This document shows, one piece after another, positions 7,492-16,914 of a stretch of DNA of 20,155 bases. How positions within the stretch are numbered: the first letter of the stretch is position 1; each line of letters opens with the position of its first letter. Made by a program: the position numbers and the translations under genes. Location of the stretch: the NCBI GenBank assembly GCA_050175015.1, contig JBFXJJ010000024.1, positions 1 to 20,155 on the forward strand, in the 5' to 3' direction. The DNA comes from Alphaproteobacteria bacterium. GTDB lineage: Bacteria > Pseudomonadota > Alphaproteobacteria > JBFXJJ01. Below the pieces are notes generated by a model, which was not told the DNA's origin, made no database searches, and worked only from the letters and a program-made list of their open reading frames with translations.

Positions 7492-8430
7492 TTATAATGT
7501 TTTTATAAAGTTTTCAATGTCTTGAGGACTAGAAATTGAAAGAGATTGAGCATCAGGAAGAATTCTTTTGCTTAATCCTGATAGAACTTTTCCAGAACCT
7601 GCTTCAATGATATTATCCACAGAACGTTCTTTTAAGTAAAGCATCGATTCACGCCAACGGACTGAACCTGTAACTTGTTCTACTAAAAGCTTTTTAATAG
7701 CTTTAGTATCGGTAGTTTCTGCGGCGGTGACATTAGCAATCACAGGAATTCTAGGATTGTTCATTGTTACGTTATCTAAAGCTTCCTGCATTTTTTCTGC
7801 CGCAGGTTTCATTAAAGAGCAGTGAAAAGGAGCAGATACTGCAAGTTTTATGCATCTTTTGGCTCCAAATTCAGAAGCAATGGCAACGGCTCTATCGATT
7901 GCTTCCATATGACCGCTGATAACAATCTGACCATCAGCATTGTCATTAGCTGCTACGCAGACTTGGTCTTCTGCCGCTTTAGCCGCAAGTTCTTTGGCTT
8001 TATCAAGGTTAACCCCCATAACTGCAGCCATACCGCCAAGTCCTTTAGGGACAGCCTGCTGCATAGCAAGGCCTCTTGTTTTTAGGAGTTTAGCAGTGTC
8101 TGAAAGAGAGAAAACACCAGCGGCGCAAAGAGCAGAATATTCACCCAGCGAGTGTCCTAAAACATAAGAACTGAGTTTTGCAATATCAACACCAGCCTCT
8201 TTCTCAAGAACTTTAATAACAGCCATACTAACTGCCATTAATGCTGGCTGGGTATTTTCAGTAAGAGTTAATTCCTCGATGGTTCCTTCTGTCATTAGCT
8301 TGTACAAGCTTTGCGAAAGCGAGTCGTCTACTTCTTGAAATACTTCTTTAGCAGCTAAAAAACTATCGTGTAATTCTTTGCCCATACCAATAGCTTGTGA
8401 ACCTTGACCTGGAAAAACAAAAGCCCGCAT
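7492..8430 (-). CDS. fabD: Malonyl-CoA-ACP transacylase
   Basis: FVFPGQGSQ, TENTQPA, GHSLGEY (catalytic Ser), VSAPFH and VRWRES motifs. Confidence 0.98.
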   Translation of the reverse strand: MRAFVFPGQGSQAIGMGKELHDSFLAAKEVFQEVDDSLSQSLYKLMTEGTIEELTLTENTQPALMAVSMAVIKVLEKEAGVDIAKLSSYVLGHSLGEYSALCAAGVFSLSDTAKLLKTRGLAMQQAVPKGLGGMAAVMGVNLDKAKELAAKAAEDQVCVAANDNADGQIVISGHMEAIDRAVAIASEFGAKRCIKLAVSAPFHCSLMKPAAEKMQEALDNVTMNNPRIPVIANVTAAETTDTKAIKKLLVEQVTGSVRWRESMLYLKERSVDNIIEAGSGKVLSGLSKRILPDAQSLSISSPQDIENFIKTL

Positions 8431-8514
8431 ATAAACTTCCTTTCAATTATTTGCGTTTAAAAAAACTTTTAAAATAAAAAATAACGATTATTGGTAAAAA
8501 TACAAGCTTATTGC

Positions 8515-8542
8515 TTGCAAAGTTAATAAATTTGTATAAAAT
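8515..8542 (+). promoter_or_regulatory. Putative sigma70 promoter of the rpsF operon
   Basis: TTGCAA (8515-8520), 16-bp spacer, TAAAAT (8537-8542), immediately upstream of the leader structure. Confidence 0.4.
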
Positions 8543-8556
8543 CCTCTTCTTCCGTA

Positions 8557-8641
8557 CTCCTTGCCAGTTAACGGACTGGCTATTCTTGAGTAAAAGGCAA
8601 TCGTGCCTTTTATATTGTTTAAGTGAGTAAGCCATAAGGAG
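8557..8641 (+). ncRNA. S6:S18 (rpsF leader) autoregulatory cis-RNA
   Basis: CTCCTTG (8557-8563) pairs with TAAGGAG (8635-8641, the SD). A CCA (CCR motif) at 8632-8634 directly precedes the 3' strand. Internal hairpins are GCCAGT/ACTGGC (8563-8580) and TAAAAGGCA/TGCCTTTTA (8591-8612). This matches the known rpsF leader layout. Confidence 0.8.
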
Positions 8642-8651
8642 AAAAAAAGAT

Positions 8652-9053
8652 ATGCCTTACTATGAAAGTGTGTTTATTGCACGTCAGGATTTTACAACTC
8701 AGCAGACTGATGCTTTAGCAGCTCAGCTTACTGATGTTATTGCTAAATCTGGTGGCAAAATAACTAAAAAAGAAAACTGGGGTTTACGTAACCTCGCTTA
8801 TCGTATCAAAAAGAATCGCAAGGGTAATTATGTTTTACTTAACATTGATGCTCCTGCTGCTGCGATTACAGAATTTGAACGTCAAATGCGTATTAATGAA
8901 GACATTCTACGTTATTTAACCATTAAAGTTGAACAACTTGAAAATGGACCTTCTCCTATTTTAGCTGAAGGCAGTGACTTCCGTCCTAAAAAAACCAGAA
9001 TAGCGGTTGATACTGACGAAGCTGAAGAAATTGAAGAAATTGAGGAGGAATAA
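8652..9053 (+). CDS. rpsF: 30S ribosomal protein S6
   Basis: [22 protein letters not shown] and [10 protein letters not shown] motifs; acidic tail ending EEE. Confidence 0.99.
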   Translation: MPYYESVFIARQDFTTQQTDALAAQLTDVIAKSGGKITKKENWGLRNLAYRIKKNRKGNYVLLNIDAPAAAITEFERQMRINEDILRYLTIKVEQLENGPSPILAEGSDFRPKKTRIAVDTDEAEEIEEIEEE

Positions 9054-9056
9054 TTA

Positions 9057-9284
9057 ATGGCTAATCGTATGTTTGTTCGTCGTCGTAAAAGTTGTCCTTT
9101 TTCTGGGGAAAATGCCCTTAAAATTGATTACAAAGACATCAGATTACTCTCTCGTTATGTTTCCGAAAGAGGAAAAATTATTCCAAGCAGAATTACCTCT
9201 GTTTCAGTAAAAAAACAAAGAGAGCTTGCTAAGGCAATTAAAAGAGCTAGATTCCTTGCTCTTATGCCTTATGTAGTTGACTAA
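9057..9284 (+). CDS. rpsR: 30S ribosomal protein S18
   Basis: [17 protein letters not shown] and [19 protein letters not shown] motifs. Confidence 0.99.
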   Translation: MANRMFVRRRKSCPFSGENALKIDYKDIRLLSRYVSERGKIIPSRITSVSVKKQRELAKAIKRARFLALMPYVVD

Positions 9285-9338
9285 TCTACGCTAAGCACGA
9301 CTCTAAATTGTAACAGTAAAGGTTATAAAAAGAAGGCG

Positions 9339-10328
9339 ATGAATAATATTGCGGCTATCAGACAATATCCGTTGATAATTGTGGCAGGAGTAATATCAGC
9401 TCTGTTATTTGCTGCAATTATGTTAGGAGGTCTGTTTGGTTTCGTTAGTATTTATTTATCGGCAGCTCCTCTTGCAGCGTCAGGACTAGTTTTTGGTCTT
9501 CCTGCTGTAATAGCAGCATCACTGTCTGGTATATTATGTTTGATTTTGGCAGGATATACTGAGGCAGCTTATTCTTTTGGAATGGTAGATTGTCTGCCCG
9601 TTTTGGCTGCCGTTGGTTTGTTTCTTTTGAAACTAAAAACTGATGAAAACCAAGAAAAAAAACTTTTTTTGAACTATGGCTTTGTTTTAGCGGCGGTTAG
9701 TTTAATTATGTCGCTGATAATTGTCATAAGGTTAAAAAGTTTAGTCTCAAGCCCTTTGGAGCTTGTTGAAGATGGAACCGTTAATAGGGCTTTATCTTTA
9801 AGAGACATAATTTACACATTTGTTTATCAAATAGTAAATTCCGCGGCGCCAGATCTACCGATTGAAAAGGATATTATTGTTAATAAAATTACATCTTGGG
9901 CTCCTGCTATTGTCGGGGTGTTGTGGTTTTTTCATATAATTGCTGGTTTGTCTTTTTCTGTATGGATATTAGATAGATTAAAAAAAACATTAAGGAAAAA
10001 GCCCAATTACAGAGAGATGCTTCTGCCATATTTTTTTACGGCAGTTACGCTCTTATCCGCAGGCTGGGGCATGTTCGCAAGTGGTGATAATGCCTATTTG
10101 GCAGAAAATATTGCGGTATTTTTGTTAACATTATTTATATTGCAGGGGCTTACCGTCGTTCATCTATATATTGATAAGATGAAATATAAAAGAACGGCAT
10201 CGGTTGTTTTTTACATAGCTTTTGCGTTTGGATCGTTTGGAGTAATGCTAGGCATAGGTGTTTTAGGTCTTATTGAAAATTTTATAAAATTGCACCAAAT
10301 AAAAATGGTGAAAAATTCGGAGGAATAA
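9339..10328 (+). CDS. Polytopic membrane protein, DUF2232/YybS family
   Basis: Many hydrophobic helices and a C-terminal LQGL.VVH-type motif. The rpsR-X-rplI position is characteristic of this family. Confidence 0.75.
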   Translation: MNNIAAIRQYPLIIVAGVISALLFAAIMLGGLFGFVSIYLSAAPLAASGLVFGLPAVIAASLSGILCLILAGYTEAAYSFGMVDCLPVLAAVGLFLLKLKTDENQEKKLFLNYGFVLAAVSLIMSLIIVIRLKSLVSSPLELVEDGTVNRALSLRDIIYTFVYQIVNSAAPDLPIEKDIIVNKITSWAPAIVGVLWFFHIIAGLSFSVWILDRLKKTLRKKPNYREMLLPYFFTAVTLLSAGWGMFASGDNAYLAENIAVFLLTLFILQGLTVVHLYIDKMKYKRTASVVFYIAFAFGSFGVMLGIGVLGLIENFIKLHQIKMVKNSEE

Positions 10329-10331
10329 ATT

Positions 10332-10883
10332 ATGGAAATAATCCTGCTTGAGAAAATCGAAAAGCTAGGAAGTTTAGGTGATGTCGTAAAGGTAAAAACT
10401 GGATATGCCAGAAATTATCTTTTACCTCAGAAAAAAGCCTTACGTTCGAGCAAAGAAAATATTGCTTATTTTGAAGCTCAAAGAAAACATTTTGAAGCTT
10501 TAAATGAAGGCAAAAAAACTGAAGCTGAAAAATTAGCACAGTCACTTAAGGGTTTAGAAGTTGTTGTCGTTCGTCAGGCTTCTGAAACTGGTCAGCTTTA
10601 TGGTTCAGTTACTATTCGTGATATTGGCGATGCTTTAAAAGAAAAAGGTCTTAAAGTTGAAAGAAAACAGATTCTTTTAGACCAACCTCTTAAAGTTCTT
10701 GGACTTTATGATGTTAAAGTAAGCCCGCATTCAGAAGTTTCTGAAGTGATTAAAGTTAATATTGCTCGCTCTCAAGAAGATGCTGCTCGTCAAGTTGAAG
10801 AAGCTGTAAAAAAATCAGGAGAGATTTTTGAAAAGCCTTTAGTTGTTGAAGCCGCTTCTGTTGAAACAGCTGCAAAAGAATAA
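10332..10883 (+). CDS. rplI: 50S ribosomal protein L9
   Basis: LGSLGDVVKVKTGYARNYLLPQKKA and GQLYGSVT motifs. Confidence 0.99.
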   Translation: MEIILLEKIEKLGSLGDVVKVKTGYARNYLLPQKKALRSSKENIAYFEAQRKHFEALNEGKKTEAEKLAQSLKGLEVVVVRQASETGQLYGSVTIRDIGDALKEKGLKVERKQILLDQPLKVLGLYDVKVSPHSEVSEVIKVNIARSQEDAARQVEEAVKKSGEIFEKPLVVEAASVETAAKE

Positions 10884-10908
10884 AAGTTAATTCTTTTATT
10901 ATAATATT

Positions 10909-10949
10909 AAAACGAGCCTTTTTTTAAGAAGGCTCGTTTTTATTTTTTT
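10909..10949 (+). terminator. Intrinsic terminator of the rpsF-rpsR-DUF2232-rplI operon
   Basis: AAAACGAGCCTT (10909-10920) / AAGGCTCGTTTT (10929-10940) inverted repeat followed by a T-rich run. Confidence 0.9.
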
Positions 10950-10956
10950 ATTCCCA

Positions 10957-10965
10957 TTATTCACA
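10957..10965 (+). promoter_or_regulatory. DnaA box upstream of dnaB
   Basis: TTATTCACA matches TTWTNCACA exactly. An inverted box with 2 mismatches (TGTGGAATG) lies at 10980-10988. Both sit between the rplI terminator and the dnaB start. Confidence 0.45.
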
Positions 10966-11038
10966 GCCTCGACAATATCTGTGGAATGTTTATCTAAAAG
11001 AATAACTACGATTAAAAATATCTGTTAATTCTTTTGTT

Positions 11039-12532
11039 ATGGAAAACATAATTAAAAATAATAATCAAGAAGAAGCAAAAACCTCTTCTATATTTCGCCA
11101 GCCGCCAAGCAATGTTGAAGCGGAACAGGCTATTTTGGGCGCTATTTTAGTTAATAATCGAGCTTATGAAAAAGTTTCGGAGTTTTTAAAACCGATTCAT
11201 TTTGCTGAAGCTATTCATAGAAGAATTTTTGAGGCTTGTTCACGTCTTATTGAACGTGGACAGCTGGCTGATCCTATAACGCTGCGTGATTTTTTTGAAC
11301 AAGACGGAACTTTGGGCGAAATAGGCGGTCAGTCATATTTAATGCAGTTAGCAGCAGCGGCAGCAACATTTGTGAGTACAGAGGATTATGGTCGTATTAT
11401 TCACGACAGATATCTCAGGAGAGAATTGATTGCCATTGGTCAAGATATGGCTGCGGAAGCATATCAAACGCAGATAGATTCTGATGCTGGAGATTTGATT
11501 GAAGGCGCCGAACAAAAACTTTTTCAATTATCTAATCAAAGTGAAACTAGACAAGGTTTTAGTAATTTTGCCAACGCTCTAACCAAAGCATTAGCAACTA
11601 CAGCTGAGGCATATAAAAACGAAGGACAGATTTCTGGGGTTTCAACAGGGTTCTCTGATTTAGATAAAAAGATGGGGGGACTGCATAATTCCGACTTAAT
11701 TATTATTGCAGGAAGACCTGGTATGGGCAAAACTGCTCTTGCAACTAACATTGCTTATAATGCGGCTGAGAAATTTAATCGTGAGGCCAAAAAGGCAAAT
11801 GAAAAATCTAAAACAGTTGCTTTTTTCTCTTTAGAAATGTCATCAGAACAGTTAGCTACCCGTATTCTATCGTCTCAAGCTCAGGTTTCTTCACACCGTA
11901 TGCGTACTGGTGAGATTGAAGAAAGCGAGTTTAATCGTTTGGCAGCGGCAGTTAGAGAGCTTGAAACCCTTCCTCTTTTTATTGATGACACTCCTGGTTT
12001 GACGGTAAGCAACATTAGAACTAGAGCCAGACGCTTAAAGAGAGAACGAGGGCTTGGCATGATAGTTATCGACTATTTGCAGTTGATTACACCCGCAAGT
12101 GGTTCTAAAGATGGCCGTGTTAATGAAGTTTCAGAAATGACTAGAGGGCTGAAGATTTTAGCAAAAGAATTAGATGTTCCTGTTATTTGCTTGTCTCAGC
12201 TTAACCGTTCAGTTGAATCTAGAGAAGATAAAAGACCATTGTTGTCAGATTTGAGAGAATCTGGTTCTATTGAACAAGATGCCGATGTTGTTATGTTTGT
12301 GTTTAGAGAATTCTATTATTTGGATCGTGAAGAACCTGTTCAGCGCCCCACAGAAAATGATGAGAAATATGCGGAACGTATTCGTAAATGGGAAGATGCC
12401 AAAATCTCAAAAAAGAATACTGCAGAAGCTATTATCGCAAAACAGAGACACGGACCAACTGGGATTATTGAGCTTTGGTTTAATGGCGATTACACCGAAT
12501 TTGGTAATTTAATGAAAGAAGCCCAGTATTAG
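11039..12532 (+). CDS. dnaB: Replicative DNA helicase
   Basis: PPSNVEAEQAILGAIL, Walker A AGRPGMGKT, FFSLEMS, IVIDYLQL, LSQLNR, SDLRESGSIEQDAD and AKQRHGP motifs; no intein-sized insertion. Confidence 0.99.
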   Translation: MENIIKNNNQEEAKTSSIFRQPPSNVEAEQAILGAILVNNRAYEKVSEFLKPIHFAEAIHRRIFEACSRLIERGQLADPITLRDFFEQDGTLGEIGGQSYLMQLAAAAATFVSTEDYGRIIHDRYLRRELIAIGQDMAAEAYQTQIDSDAGDLIEGAEQKLFQLSNQSETRQGFSNFANALTKALATTAEAYKNEGQISGVSTGFSDLDKKMGGLHNSDLIIIAGRPGMGKTALATNIAYNAAEKFNREAKKANEKSKTVAFFSLEMSSEQLATRILSSQAQVSSHRMRTGEIEESEFNRLAAAVRELETLPLFIDDTPGLTVSNIRTRARRLKRERGLGMIVIDYLQLITPASGSKDGRVNEVSEMTRGLKILAKELDVPVICLSQLNRSVESREDKRPLLSDLRESGSIEQDADVVMFVFREFYYLDREEPVQRPTENDEKYAERIRKWEDAKISKKNTAEAIIAKQRHGPTGIIELWFNGDYTEFGNLMKEAQY

Positions 12533-12570
12533 CTATTCAAGGTTAGACCTAATAAATAGGCTTCAATATG

Positions 12571-12656
12571 GCAGTTTCTTGCTTTAAACAAGCCATTTTT
12601 TGTGGATTTATTCATTAAGCTTGCAATGACTTAAATAAATTAAAGCAAGAAGATGC
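12571..12656. repeat. Long imperfect inverted repeat / hairpin in the dnaB-alr spacer
   Basis: TTCTTGCTTTAA (12576-12587) is the exact reverse complement of TTAAAGCAAGAA (12640-12651). It extends with GCA/TGC and contains inner pairs ATTTA/TAAAT and TCATT/AATGA. Confidence 0.6.
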
Positions 12657-12812
12657 GTTTCATTTATAAATAACAATGCTTTGAATTTTTAAGAAATGGT
12701 TTTTATCAGCAAAAGGAAAGCTATAAGTAATTTCTTTAACAATATGTTGAGAAATATTTTGTTTTTGGTTACAACAAAGTATCTTTTATTTTTTAATTAA
12801 AGAGCAAAATTT

Positions 12813-13931
12813 ATGGTTGAGCTGAAAAATGCAGGTGCGATTCTTACGATTGATGTTAGATCTGCGGTTAAAAATTTTTTAAAAATAAAACAAGCAATAG
12901 GGAGCAAAACAGATTGTGCTGTTGCTATCAAGACCGATGCTTATGGTTTAGGAGCGGAAAAGATAGCGCCGTCTTTGGCTGCTGCTGGGTGCCAAAATTT
13001 TTTTGTTGCTCACGTTTTTGAAGGTGAAAAACTTAGAGAAATCGTTCCTAATGCTGCCATTTATATTTTGCACGGTATTCCCGAAAATTGTGAAGATATT
13101 TTCGTTGCCAAAAAGTTAACGCCTGTTTTGAACAGTATTGAGCAAATAAAATTATGGCAGAGCTATGCTTTGAAAAACGCTCAAAAGCTTAAGGCTGTAA
13201 TTCATATTGACACTGGTATGGTAAGGCTTGGGCTAAATATGTCAGATTTTAAGAAGCTTATGAGCGATGAGGAAGCTTTTAAGGGGATTAACCCTTTTAT
13301 GCTTATGAGCCATTTAGCTTGCGCTGATGAGAATAATCACCCTAAGAATGAAGAACAGCTTAATTTATTTTTAGAGGCAAAAAAATTGTTTGCTCAAAGA
13401 TTCCCTGAGGCAATTTATAGCTTTTCGAGCTCAGCGGGAATAAATTTGGGCAAAGAATATCATTTTGACCTTGTTCGCCCTGGAATTGCAATTTATGGTG
13501 GTGGCGGAGTTGTAATTGATAATCACTTTGAGAAGATGAAGCCTGTTGTGAATTTAGCTGCCAGAATTTTGCAGATTAATGAGATAAAAGATAAGGAAAC
13601 AGTAGGTTATGGTGCAACTTGGAAAGCTGAAAACCAAAAGAGAATAGCAACGGTTGCGGCTGGTTATGGCGATGGTTTTTTAAGGTCGTTTGCGAATAAG
13701 TTAACAGGATATATTGGAACGACTAAGGTGTTTTGTGCAGGCAGACTTTCTATGGATCTGATAACGTTTGATGTTACCAATGTTCCTTTAGAAGAATGCC
13801 AAGTTGGAAAATTTATTGAGATTATTGGGAAAAACAATACTATAGATGATATCGCTGCTTTAGCTAATACCGCTAACTATGAGATAATTACAAGTCTTGG
13901 CAAGAGATACTATCGAGAATATTTGATATAA
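12813..13931 (+). CDS. alr: Alanine racemase
   Basis: AIKTDAYGLG (PLP lysine), HIDTGMVRLG, MSHLACAD, VRPGIAIYG, VGYGATW (catalytic Tyr), GYGDG and GRLSMD motifs. Confidence 0.96.
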   Translation: MVELKNAGAILTIDVRSAVKNFLKIKQAIGSKTDCAVAIKTDAYGLGAEKIAPSLAAAGCQNFFVAHVFEGEKLREIVPNAAIYILHGIPENCEDIFVAKKLTPVLNSIEQIKLWQSYALKNAQKLKAVIHIDTGMVRLGLNMSDFKKLMSDEEAFKGINPFMLMSHLACADENNHPKNEEQLNLFLEAKKLFAQRFPEAIYSFSSSAGINLGKEYHFDLVRPGIAIYGGGGVVIDNHFEKMKPVVNLAARILQINEIKDKETVGYGATWKAENQKRIATVAAGYGDGFLRSFANKLTGYIGTTKVFCAGRLSMDLITFDVTNVPLEECQVGKFIEIIGKNNTIDDIAALANTANYEIITSLGKRYYREYLI

Positions 13932-13951
13932 TTTTAATAAGGTGTTGAGAT

Positions 13952-14725
13952 ATGATTTTTTTTGCAAAAGTAGGACGTGCTTTTATTAAGTTTTTAAGAA
14001 TGACAGGGCGATTGGTTATTTTTACCAGTCAGGCGCTCTCGCATTGTGTTCGTCCGCCATTTTATCCCAGAATTTTATTGAGGCAGATGATAGAAATAGG
14101 TTTTTATTCTTTGCCTGTTGTAGGGCTTACAACAGTTTTTTCTGGAATGGTTTTAGCTTTGCAAAGTTATTCTGGTTTTGCTCGTTTTGGAGCGGAAGGT
14201 GCTGTGGCTTCGGTTGTTGTAATTTCTCTTACTAGGGAGCTTGGCCCTGTTCTGGCGGGTCTCATGGTTGCGGGTCGTATAGGCGCATCTATGGCGGCTG
14301 AAATTGGAACAATGAAGGTTACAGAACAAATTGATGCCCTCACAACACTTTCTACTAATCCGATTAAATATTTGGTAGTGCCAAGAGTTGTTGCTGGTAT
14401 TTTAATGCTGCCAATTTTAGTTTTTATTGGAGACATAATAGGTGTTTATGGCGGTTATATCGTAGGTGTTTATAAGCTTGGCTTCAATTCTACGAATTAT
14501 ATAGTGAATACTTTTCAACACGTAGAGACGCTTGATGTCGTCTCGGGACTGGTTAAAGCTTCGGTTTTTGGTTTTATTATTTCTCTGCTTGGTTGTTATA
14601 ATGGTTATAATTCAAAAGGCGGGGCGCAAGGTGTTGGTGCCGCAACTACCAATGCCGTGGTTTCATCATCAATACTAATATTAACCTTTAACTATATTCT
14701 TACCGAACTATTTTTCGCCAAATAA
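13952..14725 (+). CDS. mlaE: MlaE-family lipid-asymmetry ABC transporter permease
   Basis: RELGPVLAGLMVAGRIGASMAAEIGTMKVTEQIDAL and GGAQGVGAATTNAVV motifs. Confidence 0.95.
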   Translation: MIFFAKVGRAFIKFLRMTGRLVIFTSQALSHCVRPPFYPRILLRQMIEIGFYSLPVVGLTTVFSGMVLALQSYSGFARFGAEGAVASVVVISLTRELGPVLAGLMVAGRIGASMAAEIGTMKVTEQIDALTTLSTNPIKYLVVPRVVAGILMLPILVFIGDIIGVYGGYIVGVYKLGFNSTNYIVNTFQHVETLDVVSGLVKASVFGFIISLLGCYNGYNSKGGAQGVGAATTNAVVSSSILILTFNYILTELFFAK

Positions 14726-14744
14726 ACAATTTAAGGAATGAGCA

Positions 14745-15512
14745 ATGACAGCAAAAATAGAATTATCAAATGTTCATAAATCTTTTGGCACCAAAAAGGT
14801 TTTAGATGGTCTTGATTTGGAGTTGGCAAGAGGTGAGTCTGTTGTCGTTATTGGCGGCTCGGGTACGGGCAAATCAGTTATGCTCAAGTGTATTCAAGGC
14901 ATTTTAAATCCTGAATCTGGCTCGATTAAGATTGATGGTGAAGAAGTTGTGGGTATGGACGGCAAAGATGTTGAGCGCGTAAATAGCAAGTGTGGAATGC
15001 TTTTTCAAGGGGCAGCATTATTTGATAGTTTAACAGTTTGGGAAAATGTTTCCTTCGGAGTTACGCAAAGAACCAGAATGTCTAAGAAAAAAGCTAAAGA
15101 TTTAGCTGTGGAAGTTTTAGCTCAAGTCGGACTTGGATCGGACGTTGCAGACTTATCACCAGCTGAACTATCTGGCGGTATGCAGAAAAGAGTGGGACTA
15201 GCTAGAGCTATTGCGGCTAAGCCAGAGATAATATTTTTTGATGAGCCTACAACTGGTTTAGACCCAATTATGGCAGATGTTATTAATGATTTGATTATTA
15301 AATGTACCAAAGAGCTTGGAGCTACGACGTTGTCTATTACTCATGATATGGCTTCAGCAAGAAAAATAGCGGATAGAATAGCAATGCTTTATAAAGGCAA
15401 AATTATCTGGGCAGGAGCAGTTAAGGATATTGATAACTCAGGCAATCCTTATGTTGAGCAGTTTATCAATGGCAGGGCTGAAGGTCCCATCGTTATGGAG
15501 CTTAAGAAATAA
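14745..15512 (+). CDS. mlaF: MlaF-family ABC transporter ATP-binding protein
   Basis: Walker A GGSGTGKS, LFQGAALFDSLTVWENV, signature LSGGMQKRVGLARA, DEPTTGLDP and ITHD; adjacent to mlaE. Confidence 0.93.
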   Translation: MTAKIELSNVHKSFGTKKVLDGLDLELARGESVVVIGGSGTGKSVMLKCIQGILNPESGSIKIDGEEVVGMDGKDVERVNSKCGMLFQGAALFDSLTVWENVSFGVTQRTRMSKKKAKDLAVEVLAQVGLGSDVADLSPAELSGGMQKRVGLARAIAAKPEIIFFDEPTTGLDPIMADVINDLIIKCTKELGATTLSITHDMASARKIADRIAMLYKGKIIWAGAVKDIDNSGNPYVEQFINGRAEGPIVMELKK

Positions 15513-16903
15513 TGTCTAAAGGTGCGACTTTTGTTTGTAATGCTTGCGGTGCCGTTTACCGCAAATGGCAGGGACGTTGTGATGCTTGCGGTGAATGGAA
15601 CTCCATATCAGAAGAGCGGGCAGAAAACTTTTCTTCAGGCAAAAAAGCTAAAAAGGGCGGTCGTGAAATAGAATTTGCCAGCTTAGAAGGTGTTACGACT
15701 GATTTTTCTAGAATTTCAACAGGTATTAGTGAACTTGACAGAGTTTGCGGCGGCGGATTGGTTGCTGGCTCGGCACTTCTTGTCGGAGGAGATCCTGGAA
15801 TTGGAAAATCGACAATCTTATTACAAGCAACAGCAAAAGCGGCACTTAAAAATCCTAATGCTAAATGCATTTATATTTCGGGCGAAGAATCAATCGATCA
15901 AGTAAGAATGCGAGCAGCAAGGCTTGGACTGTCTAAAGCTAATGTCGATTTAGCTGCAACTGGAAATCTCAAAGATATTATTACTACTTTAGAGAATTAT
16001 GATAAACCCGATGTTGTTGTTATTGATTCCATTCAAACAATGTTTTTAGACGATATTGAATCGGCGCCAGGAACAGTCAGTCAAGTTAGAATGTGTGGCC
16101 ACGAGTTAGTAAAACTGGCTAAGAAAAAAGGTTTTGCTTTGTTTTTAGTCGGTCACGTAACTAAAGAAGGCAACATTGCAGGTCCTAGAGTTCTAGAGCA
16201 TATGGTTGATACTGTTTTGTATTTTGAGGGTGATAGAGGACATCAATTTCGTATCTTAAGAGCCGTAAAAAATAGATTCGGAGCAACCGATGAAATCGGG
16301 GTTTTTGAAATGACAGCTCTAGGTCTTGAAGAAGTTGCCAATCCTTCGGCAATGTTCTTGGCAGAAAGACGTGGAAATGTAAATGGTTCTTGCGTCTTTG
16401 CGGGCATAGAGGGGTCACGACCAATGCTGGTTGAAATTCAGGCACTAGTTGCTCCAGCAAGTTATACCCCAAGACGAGCTGTGGTTGGCTGGGATTCTGG
16501 CCGCCTAGCTATGGTTACCGCCGTTTTGGAAGCAAGATGCGGGCTTGTTTTTTCAGGCAAAGATATTTATTTAAATGTTGCAGGTGGTTTAAAAATAACA
16601 GAGCCTGCTGCTGATATGGCCGTTGCTACAGCTTTAATTTCTGCTTTAACAGGTGTCCCAGCTTCTCCTGATATGGTAGTTTTCGGTGAAATTGGTCTTT
16701 CTGGTGAGGTGAGAGCTGTTCCTCAAACCGAACTGAGAATCAAAGAAGCTGTTAAGTTAGGTTTTTCTGAGATAGTTTTGCCTCGAAGCCTTAAAAAAGG
16801 TAAAAAAATAGCCAGTGATAACTCAAAGGACTATTTAGCAAAAGAAATCGGGCATTTGCACGGCTTGGTTGAAATGTTTACAGCTCAACGCACTGATTTA
16901 TAA
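15512..16903 (+). CDS. radA: DNA repair protein RadA/Sms
   Basis: C4 zinc finger CNAC...CDAC, GGDPGIGKST, KNRFG and a Lon-like C-terminal domain (GEIGLSGEVR). Its start overlaps the mlaF stop (TAATG). Confidence 0.98.
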   Translation: MSKGATFVCNACGAVYRKWQGRCDACGEWNSISEERAENFSSGKKAKKGGREIEFASLEGVTTDFSRISTGISELDRVCGGGLVAGSALLVGGDPGIGKSTILLQATAKAALKNPNAKCIYISGEESIDQVRMRAARLGLSKANVDLAATGNLKDIITTLENYDKPDVVVIDSIQTMFLDDIESAPGTVSQVRMCGHELVKLAKKKGFALFLVGHVTKEGNIAGPRVLEHMVDTVLYFEGDRGHQFRILRAVKNRFGATDEIGVFEMTALGLEEVANPSAMFLAERRGNVNGSCVFAGIEGSRPMLVEIQALVAPASYTPRRAVVGWDSGRLAMVTAVLEARCGLVFSGKDIYLNVAGGLKITEPAADMAVATALISALTGVPASPDMVVFGEIGLSGEVRAVPQTELRIKEAVKLGFSEIVLPRSLKKGKKIASDNSKDYLAKEIGHLHGLVEMFTAQRTDL

Positions 16904-16914
16904 AGGTATTTTAT

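Noticed and set aside
7613-7621. Perfect DnaA box TTATCCACA inside fabD, suggesting oriC nearby
   Set aside because: It is isolated and intragenic, with no box cluster or unwinding element; chance matches are expected.
12310-12425. Insertion in the DnaB C-terminal region (YYLDREEP...KWEDAK)
   Set aside because: A short insertion typical of alphaproteobacterial DnaB; no intein motifs.
13952-15512. mlaE-mlaF without mlaD/mlaC/mlaA
   Set aside because: Split mla loci with mlaEF between alr and radA are common in alphaproteobacteria; the partners are probably elsewhere.
706-16472. Other short alternative-frame or antisense ORFs inside hldE, fabF, fabG, fabD, rplI, dnaB, mlaE, mlaF and radA
   Set aside because: They overlap well-supported conserved genes and show no recognisable motifs.
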